Source: Mobula hypostoma (Eukaryota). Taken from it: a stretch of 64,000 nucleotides of DNA. Below, one piece after another: positions 36,052 through 50,200 of this stretch. Under the pieces are notes generated by a model that worked only from the letters and a program-made list of their open reading frames with translations, was not told the origin of the DNA and made no database searches. The translations under genes and the position numbers were made by a program. The stretch lies in NCBI RefSeq assembly GCF_963921235.1, contig NC_086097.1, positions 210,802,001 through 210,866,000 on the forward strand, in the 5' to 3' direction. Within the stretch, counting starts at the first letter, position 1; the number at the start of each line of letters is the position of its first letter.

Positions 36052-36569
36052 TGTAGTCAGATGGAGTCAGCCGATTGCACAAAGCAAGACCACACAAGCT
36101 GTAGTGTATTTAATATTTCAATAATATTGAGTAATATTCTAAGTATATGGTTTGATTAAGCGTTCTTTGATTGTTTACATAATTTATTACAGGTTATACA
36201 TAAGAGGAATGTAAAGGGCGTGCATCATTACACCACCACATCATAAGTGCAGACCTCACTAAAAGAGAAACTAAGTGCACACAACCATCTCTCAGCTCCT
36301 TTGTTTTTCTTACAATTAGTTTCTAGAGTTACAAAGCTTAACAAAATCAGTTCATCTGTTTTAGTTGAATGATAAATGTTGGCCATGACATAGGTGAAGG
36401 CCCTTTGACAGATGGCATGGAATATACTTTCATACTATGACAAAATTATCCAATTTGTGTATTTCATAACCTTTATACAGGAAAAGCTACTCAGTCTCCT
36501 TTGAGTAAACATTAAGCATTTAATTAAAATTTAATAGTATTAGTTCTTTGAAATCCCAGATATTATATT

Positions 36570-38864
36570 GTAATGACAAGACCTTCTGACAAGAAGGCGA
36601 CAGTAACCTGCCTAAAAGACTCTTCTCCTGTGGCATTAACTTCAACCATTATGAAATGCTTTGAGTGGCTGATCATGGAGCACATTAAAGCCTTTCTCCT
36701 GGTTACACTGGACCCTCTCCTTCTTCTTTATCACTCAAATTGATCCATTGACGATGCAATAGCCACTTCCCTCCACTCTGTCCTGTTCCACCTGGAAATT
36801 GGGGTCTGATATGCCAGACTGCTGTTTCTAGACTTCATTTTGGTGTTCAACACCGTCATGGCCCACAAACAGGTGAGGAAACTCATTCGATCTCAACACC
36901 TTCCTCTGCAACTGGGCACTGGACTTCGTAACAGTGTAACACACCCTGGGAAAGGTTTCACTATTAATGTAATGGTCTTTCTGTCAACAGAAAGGCCACA
37001 GTCATCCTCTGTGCACAGCAATGTCTCTAGTCCCACTACACTGAGCACTGGTGCTCCCTAGGGCTGTATGCTCAGCTCGTTGCTGATGCATGATTTGTGT
37101 CGCAGGATTCAGCTCAAACCGTGTCATCAAATTTGCGGATCGCATAACAGTGGTTGGACTCATCACCAATAAAGACGAGATGGAGTACAGAGAGGAAGTG
37201 AAGCGACTGGTGCATCGGTGTGAGAAGAAGAACCTAAACCTGAATGTGGAGATGACCAAGGAAATCAGTGTGGACTTCAGGAAGGTGCAGATGATCCATT
37301 CCCCTCTGAAGATACATGGCTCCTCTGTTGAAAGAGTTAAGACCACCAAGTTCCTCGGAGTTCACATCACGGATCACCTCACCTGGTCCCTTACTATCAC
37401 TGCTCTGAACAAGAGGGCACAGCGGTGCCTCCACTTTCTAAGATTAAGGCAAGCAAGGCTCCCACTCTCCATCTTAACTGCATCTTAACAGGAAAACCAT
37501 TGAGGGCATCCTGACAAGTTGCATCTCCATTTCGTATGGGAGTAGTCGAGCATTGGATCTGAAGTCCCTACAAAGGACTGTGAGAACAGCTGAGAGGATC
37601 AAAGGGCTCTTTCTACCGTTCATCAGGGACATTTATCAAGAGCGTAGCATATGCAGGGCCCTTAGTATTATTAAGAATCCGACCCATCCATTCAGCATCC
37701 TCCTTGACTTTCTGCCATCAGGCATATAAACAAGAATAGTCAGGATGGGAAACACCGTCTTCTCTCAGGCCATTAGACTCTGAATTCCCTGCCGTATCTT
37801 ATTCAAAGTGTCACTGGTTAACCTGTTCCTACCTTACAGCATTTAATTTATGCACTTTAGTTTGTTATTTATGTGTGATTCATCTGTAGATTTTATCCTT
37901 AATTTTATATGTTATGTGTGTTATGTGTGCTACTGTAATTTACACATTGGTTTGGAGAAACATTGTATCATTTCTATACACAGTATATGACTATGTATGT
38001 TATATACATGTAACCAGGAGACTGTTGAATATCATTTTTTTATTGTTAAAGTGCACTTATGTTTTCACCCTAGTAATGCTAAAATAGTTGCCTGTGCCTT
38101 TAAGAGAAAATGGTGATGTCATTTTGCATGGGTGGAGTAGAACGAAGAGTTGCCACATTCTAGAAAGGACATTGTTTGAATGTTTTCCCAGATTTGGTGA
38201 GGAAAGATTTTCGCGAGTAAATTGATCAGCGCTCGATAGTGTGTTTGCAAAGTTCTTAATCGGCATACTAGGTTAGTCTTTTTAGTAATTCAACTACAAG
38301 GCAATATATTGTAAAAGTTTATTTGTCATTCTTTATTGTTTTGTGACCAAATATGAATGTAACAGAGTAATGTGAATGTGTTAATCTGCATTCTTGTAGC
38401 GTGAGCGAGGAGAACTCCTTTCAAGGTCTAGCCTACATGTGTTTGGAAGTTAAGCAAGTGTGTGTCAAACGTGAGTATATCTCTTAGTTAAGAAGAGATG
38501 TAATTATTCATATTTTCGATGTTGTGTATAAGGTACAGGGTTGGTGGGATTCTAACATTGTTTGCATTTTTTTTAGATTTGCCACTACCATACTAGTTTT
38601 GCATATTTTATTTTAGTTATTTTCATACTGCATACGTTACAAGGATGTGGTCTGAAGTTAAACTGAGATTGTAATAGCAGGAGCTGTTTTTTAAATTTAT
38701 TTTGTTGGTTTTATTTTGATACCCTCTTTCTGCAATAAAACATCTAAAACAGATAAAGGAATTTAAGACCCAAAAAAAGTATTGGTTGTCCTGTGTGTGT
38801 ATTTTTCCCCGGACTACATACATGTATATAGTTAAATGACAATAAACTTCACTTGATTTGACTT
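36570..38864 (+). mobile_element. Rex1/Babar LINE (RT to tail) with a solo LTR in its 3'UTR
   Basis: PVALTSTIMKCFE, IKFADRITVVGLI, NLNLNVEMTKE, KFLGVHITD; tail aataaacttcacttgatttgactt at 38841-38864. Confidence 0.85.
38009..38818 (+). mobile_element. Solo LTR (810 bp), Gypsy-like
   Basis: TGTAACCAGG...CCGGACTACA termini, exact 4-bp TSD TACA (38005-38008, 38819-38822), AATAAA at 38734; the host Rex1 tail rejoins across it. Confidence 0.85.
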
Positions 38865-38939
38865 CTAATGTTTCTGAAATTTCCTCCTTCCTGGAACGTG
38901 TTTTCCTCTCTGTCATGGTGGATGGAGTTCTCATTACAT

Positions 38940-39800
38940 CGTTGGTGGAATTTCTGATGAACGTGAGAGGGCGTACAGGAGCAAGATATCCCAGCTGGCT
39001 GAGTGGTGTCACTGCAACAACCTTGCACTCGATGTCAGTTAGATGATGAGAAGATTGTGGACTTCCGGAACAGAAGAATGAGAGAAGATGAACCAATCTT
39101 CATAGAGTGATCAGAAGTGGAGAGAGTGAGCAATTTCAAGTTCCTGGATGTCAAGATCTCAGAGGATCTAACCTGGTCACAACATATCAATACAGCTGTA
39201 AAGAAGGCAAGACAGAGGCTATATTTCATTAGGAGTTTGAGGAGATTTGATTTGTCAACTAAAACACTTAAACTTCTATAGATGTGCCACAGAGAGCACT
39301 CTGACTGGCTGCATCACTGTCTGGAAAGAGGGTCTGGGCACTCCACAGGATCAAAAGAAGCTACAGAAAGTCATAAAGTTAAGCAGCTTCATCTTGGGTA
39401 CTAGCCTCCATAGTAACCAAGACATCTCCAAGGAGCGGTGCCTCAGAAAAGCAAAGTCAATTATTAAGGACCCCCATCAACTAGGGCATGCCCTCTTCTC
39501 ATTGTTACCGTCAGGAAGGAGGTACAGAAGCCTGAAATCACACAGTCAGCGATTCAGGAACAGCTTCTTCCCCTCTGCCTTATGATTCTTAAAGGGACAT
39601 TGAACCCATGAACACTACCTCACTTTTTAAAAATATATGTACTATTCCTATTTTTGCACTATTTTAACTTATTCAATAGACATACATATACCTACCGTAA
39701 CTTATTTATTTTCTTTCTATATTATCATTGAACTGCTGGTGCTAAGTTAACAAATTTTATGACACATACTGGTGATAATAAACCTGACTCTGATTCTGAT
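38940..39800 (+). mobile_element. Rex1/Babar 3' fragment
   Basis: NFYRCATESTLTGCITVW..RCLRKA.SIIKDP..LLPSGRRYRSL..RFRNSFFP; (TCTGAT)n tail. Confidence 0.85.
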
Positions 39801-40132
39801 TAATTTCCCCTATTTCCTACACATCTGCTTTCATATCCTCACCCCCAGCCTTCACACTTAATACATTATCCTTCTCAACTTCCCAGCTCGAACATGATTC
39901 CACCATCAGCCCCATCTTCCCCTCTCTGCATTTCACATCCTGCACACTTCATGGTTTGTTCATCCAGTCCGTCGTCTATTACTTTGCTTCTGCTTGTTTT
40001 TCCTTGCGTATCTGCTGATCATTACATTACCCTTCCTCTCATCTCTCCACTCTCTGGTCTGGAGCTCCGGAGCATTTGATGGCACTGCTCACTGAAGCCC
40101 AGAAGAATGGCGTGGGGGGTGGGGTGGGGGAG

Positions 40133-41260
40133 GAGGATCTCATGGAACCTATAAAATATTGAAAGGCTTAGATAGAGTGAATGTGGAGAGAATATTTCTT
40201 ATTGTGGTGGAGCCTAGGATCAGAGGGCACAGACTCAGAATAGACGGATGTCCAAACAAGAGGAAATCTGCAGATGATGGACTCCAAGCAACACACACAA
40301 AATGCCGGAGGAGCTCAGCAGGGCAGGCAGCATCGACGGAAAACAGTACAGTCAACATTTCGGGCTGAGACACTTGGGCAGGATTGGAGAAAAAAAAGAT
40401 GAGGAGTATATTTAAAAGGTGGGGGAGGGGGAAATACAAGGTGATAGTTGAAACTGAGAGGAAAAGGGATGAAGTAAAGAGCTGGGAAGTTGATTGGTAA
40501 AAAATATACAGGGCTGGAGAAGAGGGAGTCTGATAGGAGAGGACAGAAGGCCATGGAAGAAAGAGAAGGGGGGACAAGCATCAGAGGGAGGCAATGGGCA
40601 GGCAAGGAGATAAGGTGAGAGAGGGAAAAGAGGATGAGGGATGGTGTGGTGGGGGCATTACCAGAAGTTCATGTTCATGCCATCAGGTTGGAGGCTACCC
40701 AGACAGAATATAAGCCATTTTCCCTCCAACCTGAGTGTGGCCTCATTGCGACAGAAGAGGAGGCCATGGATTGACATATTGGAATGTGAATGGGAAGTGG
40801 AATTAACATGGGTGGCCACCGGGCAACCCTGCTTCTTCTGGTGAACAGAGTATAGGTGCTCGGAAAAGTGGTCTCTCAATCTAATTGGGTCTCACTGGTA
40901 TACAGGAGGCCACACCAGGAGCACCAGACACAGTATATGACCCCAACAGGCTCACAGGTGGCGATGCCTCACCTGGAAGGATGAATGTCCCTTTAGAACA
41001 AAGATGAGCAATTTCTTTAGCCAGAGTGTAGTAAGTCTGTGGAATTCATTGCCACAGATGGCTGTGGTAACCAAGACATTGGGTATATTTCAAGCAAATG
41101 TTGATAGGCTTTTAATTAGTAAGGGTGTCAAAGGTTATGAGGAGAAGACAAGAGAATGGGATTAAGAGGGATAATAAATCAGCCATGATGGAATGGTGAA
41201 GCAGACTTGATGGGTCTCATGACCTAATTCTGCTCCTATAACTTGTGGTCTTATGGTCTC
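40133..41260 (+). mobile_element. CR1 3' fragment split by a Penelope insertion
   Basis: KGLDRVNVERIF..RGHRLRI.GCP|FRT continuity across the insert; TCTTATGG tail. Confidence 0.8.
40254..40979 (-). mobile_element. 5'-truncated Penelope-like element (GIY-YIG endonuclease C-terminus + pseudo-LTR)
   Basis: RDHFSEHL.SV...PVATH.NS.SHS...LIFCLGSLQPDGMN; TSD GA(C/T)G(G/A)ATGTCC (40243-40253, 40980-40990); degenerate hammerhead at 40349-40386. Confidence 0.88.
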
Positions 41261-42719
41261 CCCATCCATGCCAAACTGAATTAAACCCTCCTAAGTAGCA
41301 GCAGTGAACCTCCTGACCAGGAGATTGGGACCCCTTCAGTAAGGTGCTATCTATCCAGCTGAGGTACCCATCTCTGTCTAGGATATCATGGGATATTTTT
41401 GCCTGCATCCACAGTGAGAGGTTTAACAAACCTGGTATAAGATTCTCAAAGGGTTTTCATCTGTTTGTAATTTCAATGGAAGAAATGTAGAGCTGTACAA
41501 AATAGAGGAAAGGACAGTGGGACTTTAGGTCAGAATTTGAGGAAGATCCATACCACACAATATTTCACATCCCCATCCACATTCAAAAATAACTTAGGTC
41601 ACTCTAAATATATGGTGATTTCATTGAGGAAATTTGTGTGAAAAGACAGGATTTCATTAAGAATACCACAGGAATGCCTGCAACATATATAGTATTAACA
41701 TCTGTGGCAAACCTCCTGTGCCTAGAAACTCCATATGGGGGGCATGATCTATACTTGATTTTCGGAAAAAAAGTTCATTTTAAAGAGCTGTGTGGAATTT
41801 GTATAATATCATATGGTAAACTGTGATTTATTCATTAGTTTATTGACACACCAGTCAGAGAAGCAGAGAATTGATTCAGTTTGGCATTATTCCAAGGTGA
41901 TGAAATGATTGGGAAATGTGGTTTCACTATTTATATTCTCAGGGAAATTGGCAATGCACATTATCTGTGAATCCCTTCATCACAATGCTGTGAAAAGGAT
42001 TATTTCTCCTTCTCTTAATCTAAAAGCAGAACAAAATACTTTGCAAAAGTTGTTCCCAATGACAATGCATGGGAGGCTAGAAACTACATTGCATAGTGGC
42101 AAATCGGTTTATTGTTATCACATGTACCAACTTGCCTTGCATACTGTTGAAACAGATCAATTCATTATAACAGTGCATTTTATAGACAGGGCACGAAAAC
42201 TTGCTCCCAACACATTAGTTTATAACCAGCATTATGTCTCATCTGTAACAGATATATTTTCCAAATAAACTAGAGCTCAATTTATTTTGTCAATTAATCT
42301 CATAAAGCCTGTGGACTTTAATTCCCACACTGGTAATTATATTATTTCTCAATTTTGACCATAAAATTGTCAATTATCATACAATCTGAATGCCATTATA
42401 CTGTATAATTGGTGCTCTTTGATGCCTCAGCAAGAAATCAGTCACTCAGTAAAAAGGTAAAGCTGAAAGCTTTTGTGAAAATTGTGAGACAGAAACAATA
42501 TAACCTTGCATGAATTTTGTGCATCTTTCATTCAAAATGAACATATCAGGGCCTGAAATATACATGAAAATGAAGGTTAGTACTTGTCATTAGCAATTCA
42601 TTCTAGAGTTTGTGCTCACTTGTCAATTACAAATTTTCAAGAGAAATTAATGTTTCAGTTCCATTTAATTTCATGTTTTGAAAATCAGTTTTACTGCACA
42701 TTTTTAATATTTTATGAAA

Positions 42720-43195
42720 ATGCAAAATGATCAAATTACTCAGCAGCTCGGGCTGCAGAGGTGGGAAGAGAAACAGTCAGTGTTTCAGATTGAAAACCCA
42801 TCAGAACTGATAGGGAGATAAAGGAACTTGTAAAGCTGCAGGGAGAGTGGGAATGGGGAATGTCTGACAGGGTGAGACAGGGGTGACAATGCTGATAAGC
42901 AGTAAGCAAGCTTATCTGGTCAATGAGTAAAAGGGAGCAGTTAGATAAAATAACCTAGTCAAAAGAAAGTGCGATATGCAAAGCAGAGGGGCAAGCCCAG
43001 TATGTCAAGACAGGGATATCTTTTACTCCCAGAGAGAAAATAGGGATGGGAAATAAGAAAAAAATAACAGAGCTAATATTATAAATGGATGTCTAATACA
43101 GACCGTTTACTTGAAGTCATTGAATTCAGTGCAGTATTTAGTCCAAAAGGTTGCAATGTATCTAGATGGAAAATTAAACACTGCTCCTCATTTGT
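42720..43195 (-). mobile_element. Old Penelope-like 3' fragment
   Basis: Minus strand EEQCLIFHLDTLQPFGLN at ~43135-43190; pseudo-LTR-like end with ttctgatgggttttcaatctgaaacactgactg. Confidence 0.6.
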
Positions 43196-43254
43196 CATGA
43201 GGAAATTTTACTTTTTTTCAGTCCTATCTGGTTCTATTAAGAAATACTTAATAA

Positions 43255-46200
43255 GATATATTCTGGTAAGGGGCAATATAGATGGAAATCCAGTTACTTT
43301 ATTGAATATGTACGCACTCCCAGGAAGTGATATTAGTTTCTTCCAGAAAATTACTAATATTATGGTAACGGAAACAGAAGGTCTCTTCATATGTGGGGGA
43401 GACTTAAATTTACAATTACAACCAAAGTTAGATTCTTCCAATAGGAAAACTTGTGAAACAAAGTCCTTACATAAGAAAGTTAACACTCTTTTTGAGGACT
43501 AATTGATATATGGAGGGACCTTTTCCCCCACAGAAGGGATTACACTCATTATTCTGCCCCCCCCCCATTCTTTATATACAAGAATAGACTATTTCATAAC
43601 ATTTGGAAAAGATAGAGACAAAATAATCACTTGTGGAATTGGGACAATAGATGTAAGTGACCATGCACCTATATATTTATCTGTTGATTTTGACCTACAA
43701 AATAGAAAGATGACTGCTGACATAACTGAAGCTGAATTAAAAACTGCAATTAGTAGGCTTAAATTAAGCAAGTCTTCGGCATATGGCAGAGTGGTATAAA
43801 GAGTTTAGAAGTGAGTTAATCCCTGTTTTACTCTCCACACTGAACTGGGCCCTGAGAAAGGCACAAATGCCGCCCAGCTGGAAGGAGGCGATAATCTCAG
43901 CTATACCGAAAGAAGGCAAGGGTAAAATGGAATGTGGGTTATTTAGACCAATATCTGTTCTTAATGTGGATTATAGAATATTTACCTCCATCATGGCCAA
44001 ACGATTAGAAGAGTTTCTACCCACACTGATACATAATGATCAGACAGGTTTCATACAACAACGCCAAACACAAGACAATATATGAAGGACACTTCACATT
44101 ATGGATCATATAAAAAAAATGAACTTGAAGCAATAGTGATAAGCTTGGATGCTGAAAAGGCATTTGATTCGGTTAATTGGAATTTTCTGTATAGAGTTTT
44201 ACATAGATTTCGTCTACATGACACAATTATTAAAACTATACAGGCACTATACGACAATCCTACTGCCAGGATTAAAATCAATGGATATTTATCTAATAGT
44301 TTTACCCTAGAAAGGGGCACGAGACAGGGTTGTGCATGGTCACCGCTACTCTTCACATTATATCTGGAACCACTAGCTCAATACATCGGACAAAATGAAG
44401 GTATCAGGGGAATTACGATTAAAGGGACAGAGCATAAATTGGCCTGTTACACAGATGACATTTTGATCTATCCGGAGCAACCAACAGGCTCTTTACCTAA
44501 ATTGATGCAATCCTTTGAACAATATGGCCAATTATCAGGATACAAGATCAACATAGATAAAACCCAACTACTTTCATATAACTATAGCCCACTGAGAGAA
44601 ATTGAAAGTAAATATACTTGGGCATGGCAAACAGAGTCCGTCAAATATTTGGGCATCATTAGGCCAAAAGACTTGACAAAATTATCAGAATGCAATTATC
44701 AGACAATATATAAAAAAATTAAGGAAGATATAGCAAGGTGGAACCTAATTCCTTTTCTTGGTCTCAGTGCAAAGATTGAATCCATTAAAATGAATATACT
44801 GCCCAGACTACTATATCTCTTTCAGACCCTACCAATAGAGATTAACCAAAATCAATTCAATGAATTGAACAAGATGCTATCAAGATATATATGGCAAGGT
44901 AAAAGGCCTAGGGTTTGTCTCAAAACTCTGCAATTAGCCAAGGAAAAGGGGGGATGGAGCCTACCTTCTCTTAGAGATTATTATTTTGCAGCACAGTTGA
45001 GAGCCGTGATATGCTGGTGCAACCCATCATAAGACGCTCAATGGAAAAACATTGAGGAGGGGATACTTCCCATCCCCATACAGGCAATTTTGGCTGATAA
45101 CAACCTACAAAGTTACATAAATAATATTGACAACCCGTGGGTGAAACGGACTCTTACAATATGGAAAACTATTATAAAAGAATATAAACTAGAGAAAGGC
45201 ATTGCAATTCTTAAATGGTGTGCATATGACTCGGATTTTGTGCCGAATAAACTGGATGCTAGATTTAAGGACTGGACAGTTAAAGGAATAACAGCTATTT
45301 GTAATATAATGAAAGAAGGAACACTGTTCAGTTTTGAAATGCTCAAAGAGAAACACTTATTAGAAAAACAAGACTTTTACCAGTATTTACAGATGAGACA
45401 GTATGTTAATAGGACGGTTAAAAATGTAATCAAGACAAGTACATGTCTGATAGAGCTGTTTCGAAAAGCATATAATTCAGACAACGGTAGTAGAATCATT
45501 TCAATCATGTATAGGGGTTTGTCAAATCTTAGAACACATTTGACTTCATACATTAAAACAAAATGGGAGAAGGAAGGAGGGATCATAATATCTGAGGAAG
45601 ACTGGACAATAATATGGAGGTATCAATGGAAGTGCATCAGTTCACAGAAATGGAGGGAGTTTGGGTGGAAAAACTTGATAAGATATTTTATTACACCCTC
45701 TCAGAAATCCCATTATGATAATAACCCCCCTGTTTGCTGGAGAAATTGTGGAAATCAAAATGCAAACCGTTATCATATGTTCTGAGAATGCCCCGTTATC
45801 AAAGACTATTGGAGTGGGGTGCATAATGCCCTACAAGACATCTTTAAATGTGAAATACCCTTAGAGTAAGACCATATATTTTGGGAATATACCTCAAGAA
45901 TGGTTGAAAAGAGATAAATATTTAATGAATGTACTGCTGGTGGCTGGTGAAAAGACCCTTACCAGGAAATGCTTATCACAGGAGAGCCCAACTCTAAATG
46001 TATGGATGGAAATTACAATGGACATTTACAAAATGGAGAAGGTAACAGCATCTGTTAATCATAAGTTGGAACGATTTTATTCATACTGGAAAAAATGGTT
46101 TAACTACGTAACACCTCATAGACCTGATTTTATTCTCACAAATCAATGAATATGTTGTAAAAAACAAGATCACTAGATGTACATAGTTTTCTTCTTTCAA

Positions 46201-46357
46201 TTGTTCTTTCTTTCCTCTCCTTTCTATAAGTGTATACCTCAGATAAATATTATGTGGAGATTTGTGACAAATATGATTATATGGTACAGTATCTGAAATA
46301 CATCTTATGGAAATGTTTGATGATGAAATTCAATAAAAAATAAATTACAAAAAAAAA
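43255..46357 (+). mobile_element. 5'-truncated L1-clade LINE ORF2 (EN part, RT, CCHC region), disrupted
   Basis: [69 protein letters not shown] + poly(A) at 46332-46357. Confidence 0.93.
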
Positions 46358-47243
46358 CTTAAAAATTGTTCTGCTTTGACTTTAATTTTTTAATAAAATA
46401 TTCAAAAGCTCTGTAGTCCAATGGATCAATAAAATCTGCTCAATTCTTCACCACAATGCTTTGCTTTCACATTTTAAACTTATGTCAACATAAAACTAAA
46501 GATTATGGTTTATGTTCATCAAATGATGAAAGATTAACATGTCTTAATTCCTTGTAAGATGTTAAATTCTCAACTTTATATCCTTTTATTTATTCAAAGC
46601 ATGTTAAATCATATGAGGTAAAAGTAGGCAAGTATTTTATGATAATATGCTATGCTATGCATTTTAAAGACCACAGAGTAATATTAGTTTGGTACTAGTC
46701 TTAATAGTGATTAAAATATCATCCAAAATAAATGGCAGTAATTTTGAGAGGTACTGAGGAAAAACATGTGAAAAATAGAATATTATAATAATATATAGTG
46801 AGTCTGAGATTAATTTAATTTCAGAATTATTGTAAATAAGTAGAAAACAACTTTTGACACAGGTAGGTCACACTTACAGAAACAGAGAAACTCATGGTTC
46901 AGGTGGTCCTTAAATTTTGTTCACAACCCAATAAATTTATGATTATGAATAACTCCTTCAACTCCCTAATAAAATAGTTTTTTTTAAAATCTTGACAGCA
47001 GGTTCCACCATCCCTTCAAGATTAGTGTTCTGAAAACACTTCTAAGTGTAAACAATTTCTTCTGTTCTCTGTGCTGGTTTAGTTGCTAATGACTTTGAAA
47101 ATGTGATCAGACTATTGGTGTCTCAGCAGAGAGGATAGCTACTTCTCAATTTACGTCTTGTACTGTAAACCTGGATTAAATCATATCTTAATTGTCCCCA
47201 TTTCAAGGAGAACAGTTTTAATAGTTGTCATATTGTCAACTTT

Positions 47244-50200
47244 CATAGAACATATAGAATAGTACAGCATATTACAGGCCCTTCTGCCCACAATGTTGTG
47301 CCGACCCTCAAACCCTGCCTCCCATATAAGCCCCCACCTTAGAGTCCTCCATATACCTGTCTAGTAGTCTCTTAAACTTCACTAGTGTATCTGCCTCCAC
47401 CACTGACTCAGGCAGTGCATTCCACACACCATCCACTCATTGAGTAAAAAACCTTCCTCTGATATCCCCCTTGAACTTCCCACCCCTTACCTTAAAGCCA
47501 TGTCCTCTTGTATTCAGCAGTGGTGCCCTGGGGAAGAGGCGCTGGCTATCCACTCTATCTATTCCTCTTATTATCTACACCTCTATCATGTCTCCTCTCA
47601 TCCTCCTTCTCTCCAAAGAGTAAAGCCCTAGCTCCCTTAATCTCTGATCATAATGCATACTCTCTAAACCAGGCAGCATCCTGGTAAATCTCCTCTGTAT
47701 CCTTTCCAATGCTTCCACATCCTTCCTATAGTGAGGCGACCAGAAATGGACACAGTACTCCAAATGTGGCCTAACCAGAGTTTTACAGAGCTGCATCATT
47801 ACACTGCGACTCTTAAACTCTATCCCTCGACTTATGAAAGCTAACACCCCATAAGCTTTCTTAACTACCCTATCTACCTGTGAGGCAACTTTCAGGGATC
47901 TGTGGACATATACCCCCAGATCTCTCTGCTCCTCCACACTACCAAGTATCCTGCCATTTACTTTGTACTCTGCCTTGGAGTTTATCCTTCCAAAGTGTAC
48001 CACCTCACACTTCTCTGGGTTGAACTCCATCTGCCACTTCTCAGCCCACTTCTGCATCTTATCAATGTCTCTCTGCAATCTTCGACAATCCTCTACACTA
48101 TCTACAACACCACCAATCTTTGTGTCATCTGCAAACTTGCCAACACACCCTTCTACCCCTATATCCAGGTCGTTAATAAAAATCACAAACAGTAGAGGTC
48201 CCAGAACAGAACATTGTGGGACACCCCTAGTCACAATCCTCCAATCTGAATGTACTCCATCCACCACGACACTCTGCCTTCTGCAGGCAAGCCAATTATG
48301 AATCCACCTGGCGAAACTTCCCTGGATCCCATGCCTTCTGACTTTCTGAATAAGCCTACCGTGTGGAACCTTGTCAAATGCCTTACTAAAATCCATATAG
48401 ATACATTATACTTTATACTTTATTGACACCAAACAATTTGTACTAGAACGTACAATCATCACAGCGATATTTGATTCTGTGCTTCACACTCCCTGGATTA
48501 CAAATATTAAATATTAAAAATAGTTAAAATTAGTAAATATTAAAAATTTTAATTATAAATCATAAATAGAAAATAGAAAAATGGGAAGTAAGGTAGTGCA
48601 AAAAAACCGAGAGGCAGGTCCGGATATTTGGAGGGTACGGCCCAGATCTGGGTCAGGATCTGTTCAGCAGTCTTATCATAGTTGGCAAGAAGCTATTCCC
48701 AAACCTGGCTGTACGAGTCTTCCAGCTCCTGAACCTTCTCCCGGAGGGAAGACGGATGAAAAGTGGGTTGGCTGGGTGGATTGTGTCCTTGATTATCCTG
48801 GCAGCCCTGCGCCGACAGCGTGCGGTGTAAAGTGAGTCCAGGGATGGAAGATTGGTTTGTGTGATGTGCTGCGCCGTGTTCACGATCTTCCGCAGCTTCT
48901 TTCGGTCTTGGACAGGACAACTTCCATACAGGTTGTGATGCACCCTAGAAGAATGCTTTCTATGGTGCATCTATAAAAATTAGTGAGGGTTTTAAGGGAC
49001 AGGCCAAATTTCTTTAGTTTTCTCAGGAAGTAAAGGTGCTGGTGGGCCTTCTTGGCAGTGAACTCTGCTTGGTTGGACCAAGTCAGGTCATTTGTGATAT
49101 TGACCCCAAGGAACTTAAAGCTTTTGACCTGTTCCACTTGCGCACCACCGATGTAAATTGGGTCGTGCGGTCCGCTACTCTTTCTGAAGTCAAAAACCAA
49201 TTCCTTCGTCTTGCTGACGTTGAGGGATGGGTTATTGTCTTTGCACCATGCCACCAGGTTCTTAATTTCCTCTCTGTACTCAAACTCATCATTACCCGAG
49301 ATACAGCCTACAATTGTTGTGTCATCAGCAAACTTATATATTGAGTTTGATGGAAACTTGGCTACACAATCATGGGTGTACAGTGAGTACAGCAGGGGTC
49401 TGAGTACACAGCCTTGTGGGGCACCGGTGCTCAGAGTGATTGTAGAGGAGAGCTTGTCCCTTATTTTTACAGCCTGGGTCCTGTCTGTGAGGAAGTTGAA
49501 GATCCAGCTGCAGATCTGAGTGCTAAGGCCCAGGTTCCAGAGCTAAGGAATCAGTTTATTTGGAATGATGGTATTAAAGGCTGAGCTGTAATCAATGAAA
49601 AGGAGCCTTATGTGTGCGTCTTTATTCTCCAGGTGATCTAAGGAGGAATGTAGGGCCAGAGAGATGGCATCTGCCGTTGACCTGTTGCTCCGGTAGGCGA
49701 ATTGCAAAGCGTCAAGGTTGACCGGTAGGCTGTGGTCAATATGTGCCATAATCAATCTCTCGAAACACTTCATAGCAATTGATGTCAGAGCCACAGGTCG
49801 ATAGTCATTCAGGCATGCCACCTTGCTCTTCTTCGGCACTGGGATTATCGTTGCCTTCTTAAAACATGAGGGGATCTTAGACTGAAGCAAGGAGCAGTTG
49901 AAGATGTCAGCAAACACTCCAGCTAGCTCACTTGCACAGGCCTGGAGAACCCGTCCTGGGACGCCATCTGAGCCCGTCGCCTTCCTTGGATTTATCTTCA
50001 GGAAGGCCCTTCTAACATCCTCCTAGGTGACGATGAATCTCGATGCCATCAGGTCCGGTTCATCCGGAGGGAGCAGAACGCTCCTCTTCTGTTCGAATCT
50101 TGCATAGAATACGTTAAGTTCGTCAGGAAGAGAAGCGTCACAGTTATTGATATTCCCAGCCTTTTCTTTGCACCCAGTGATCTCATTTAGACCTTGCCAT

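Noticed and set aside
38192..38470. Host gene exons
   Set aside because: They lie inside a TSD-flanked solo LTR, and the first has stops in all frames.
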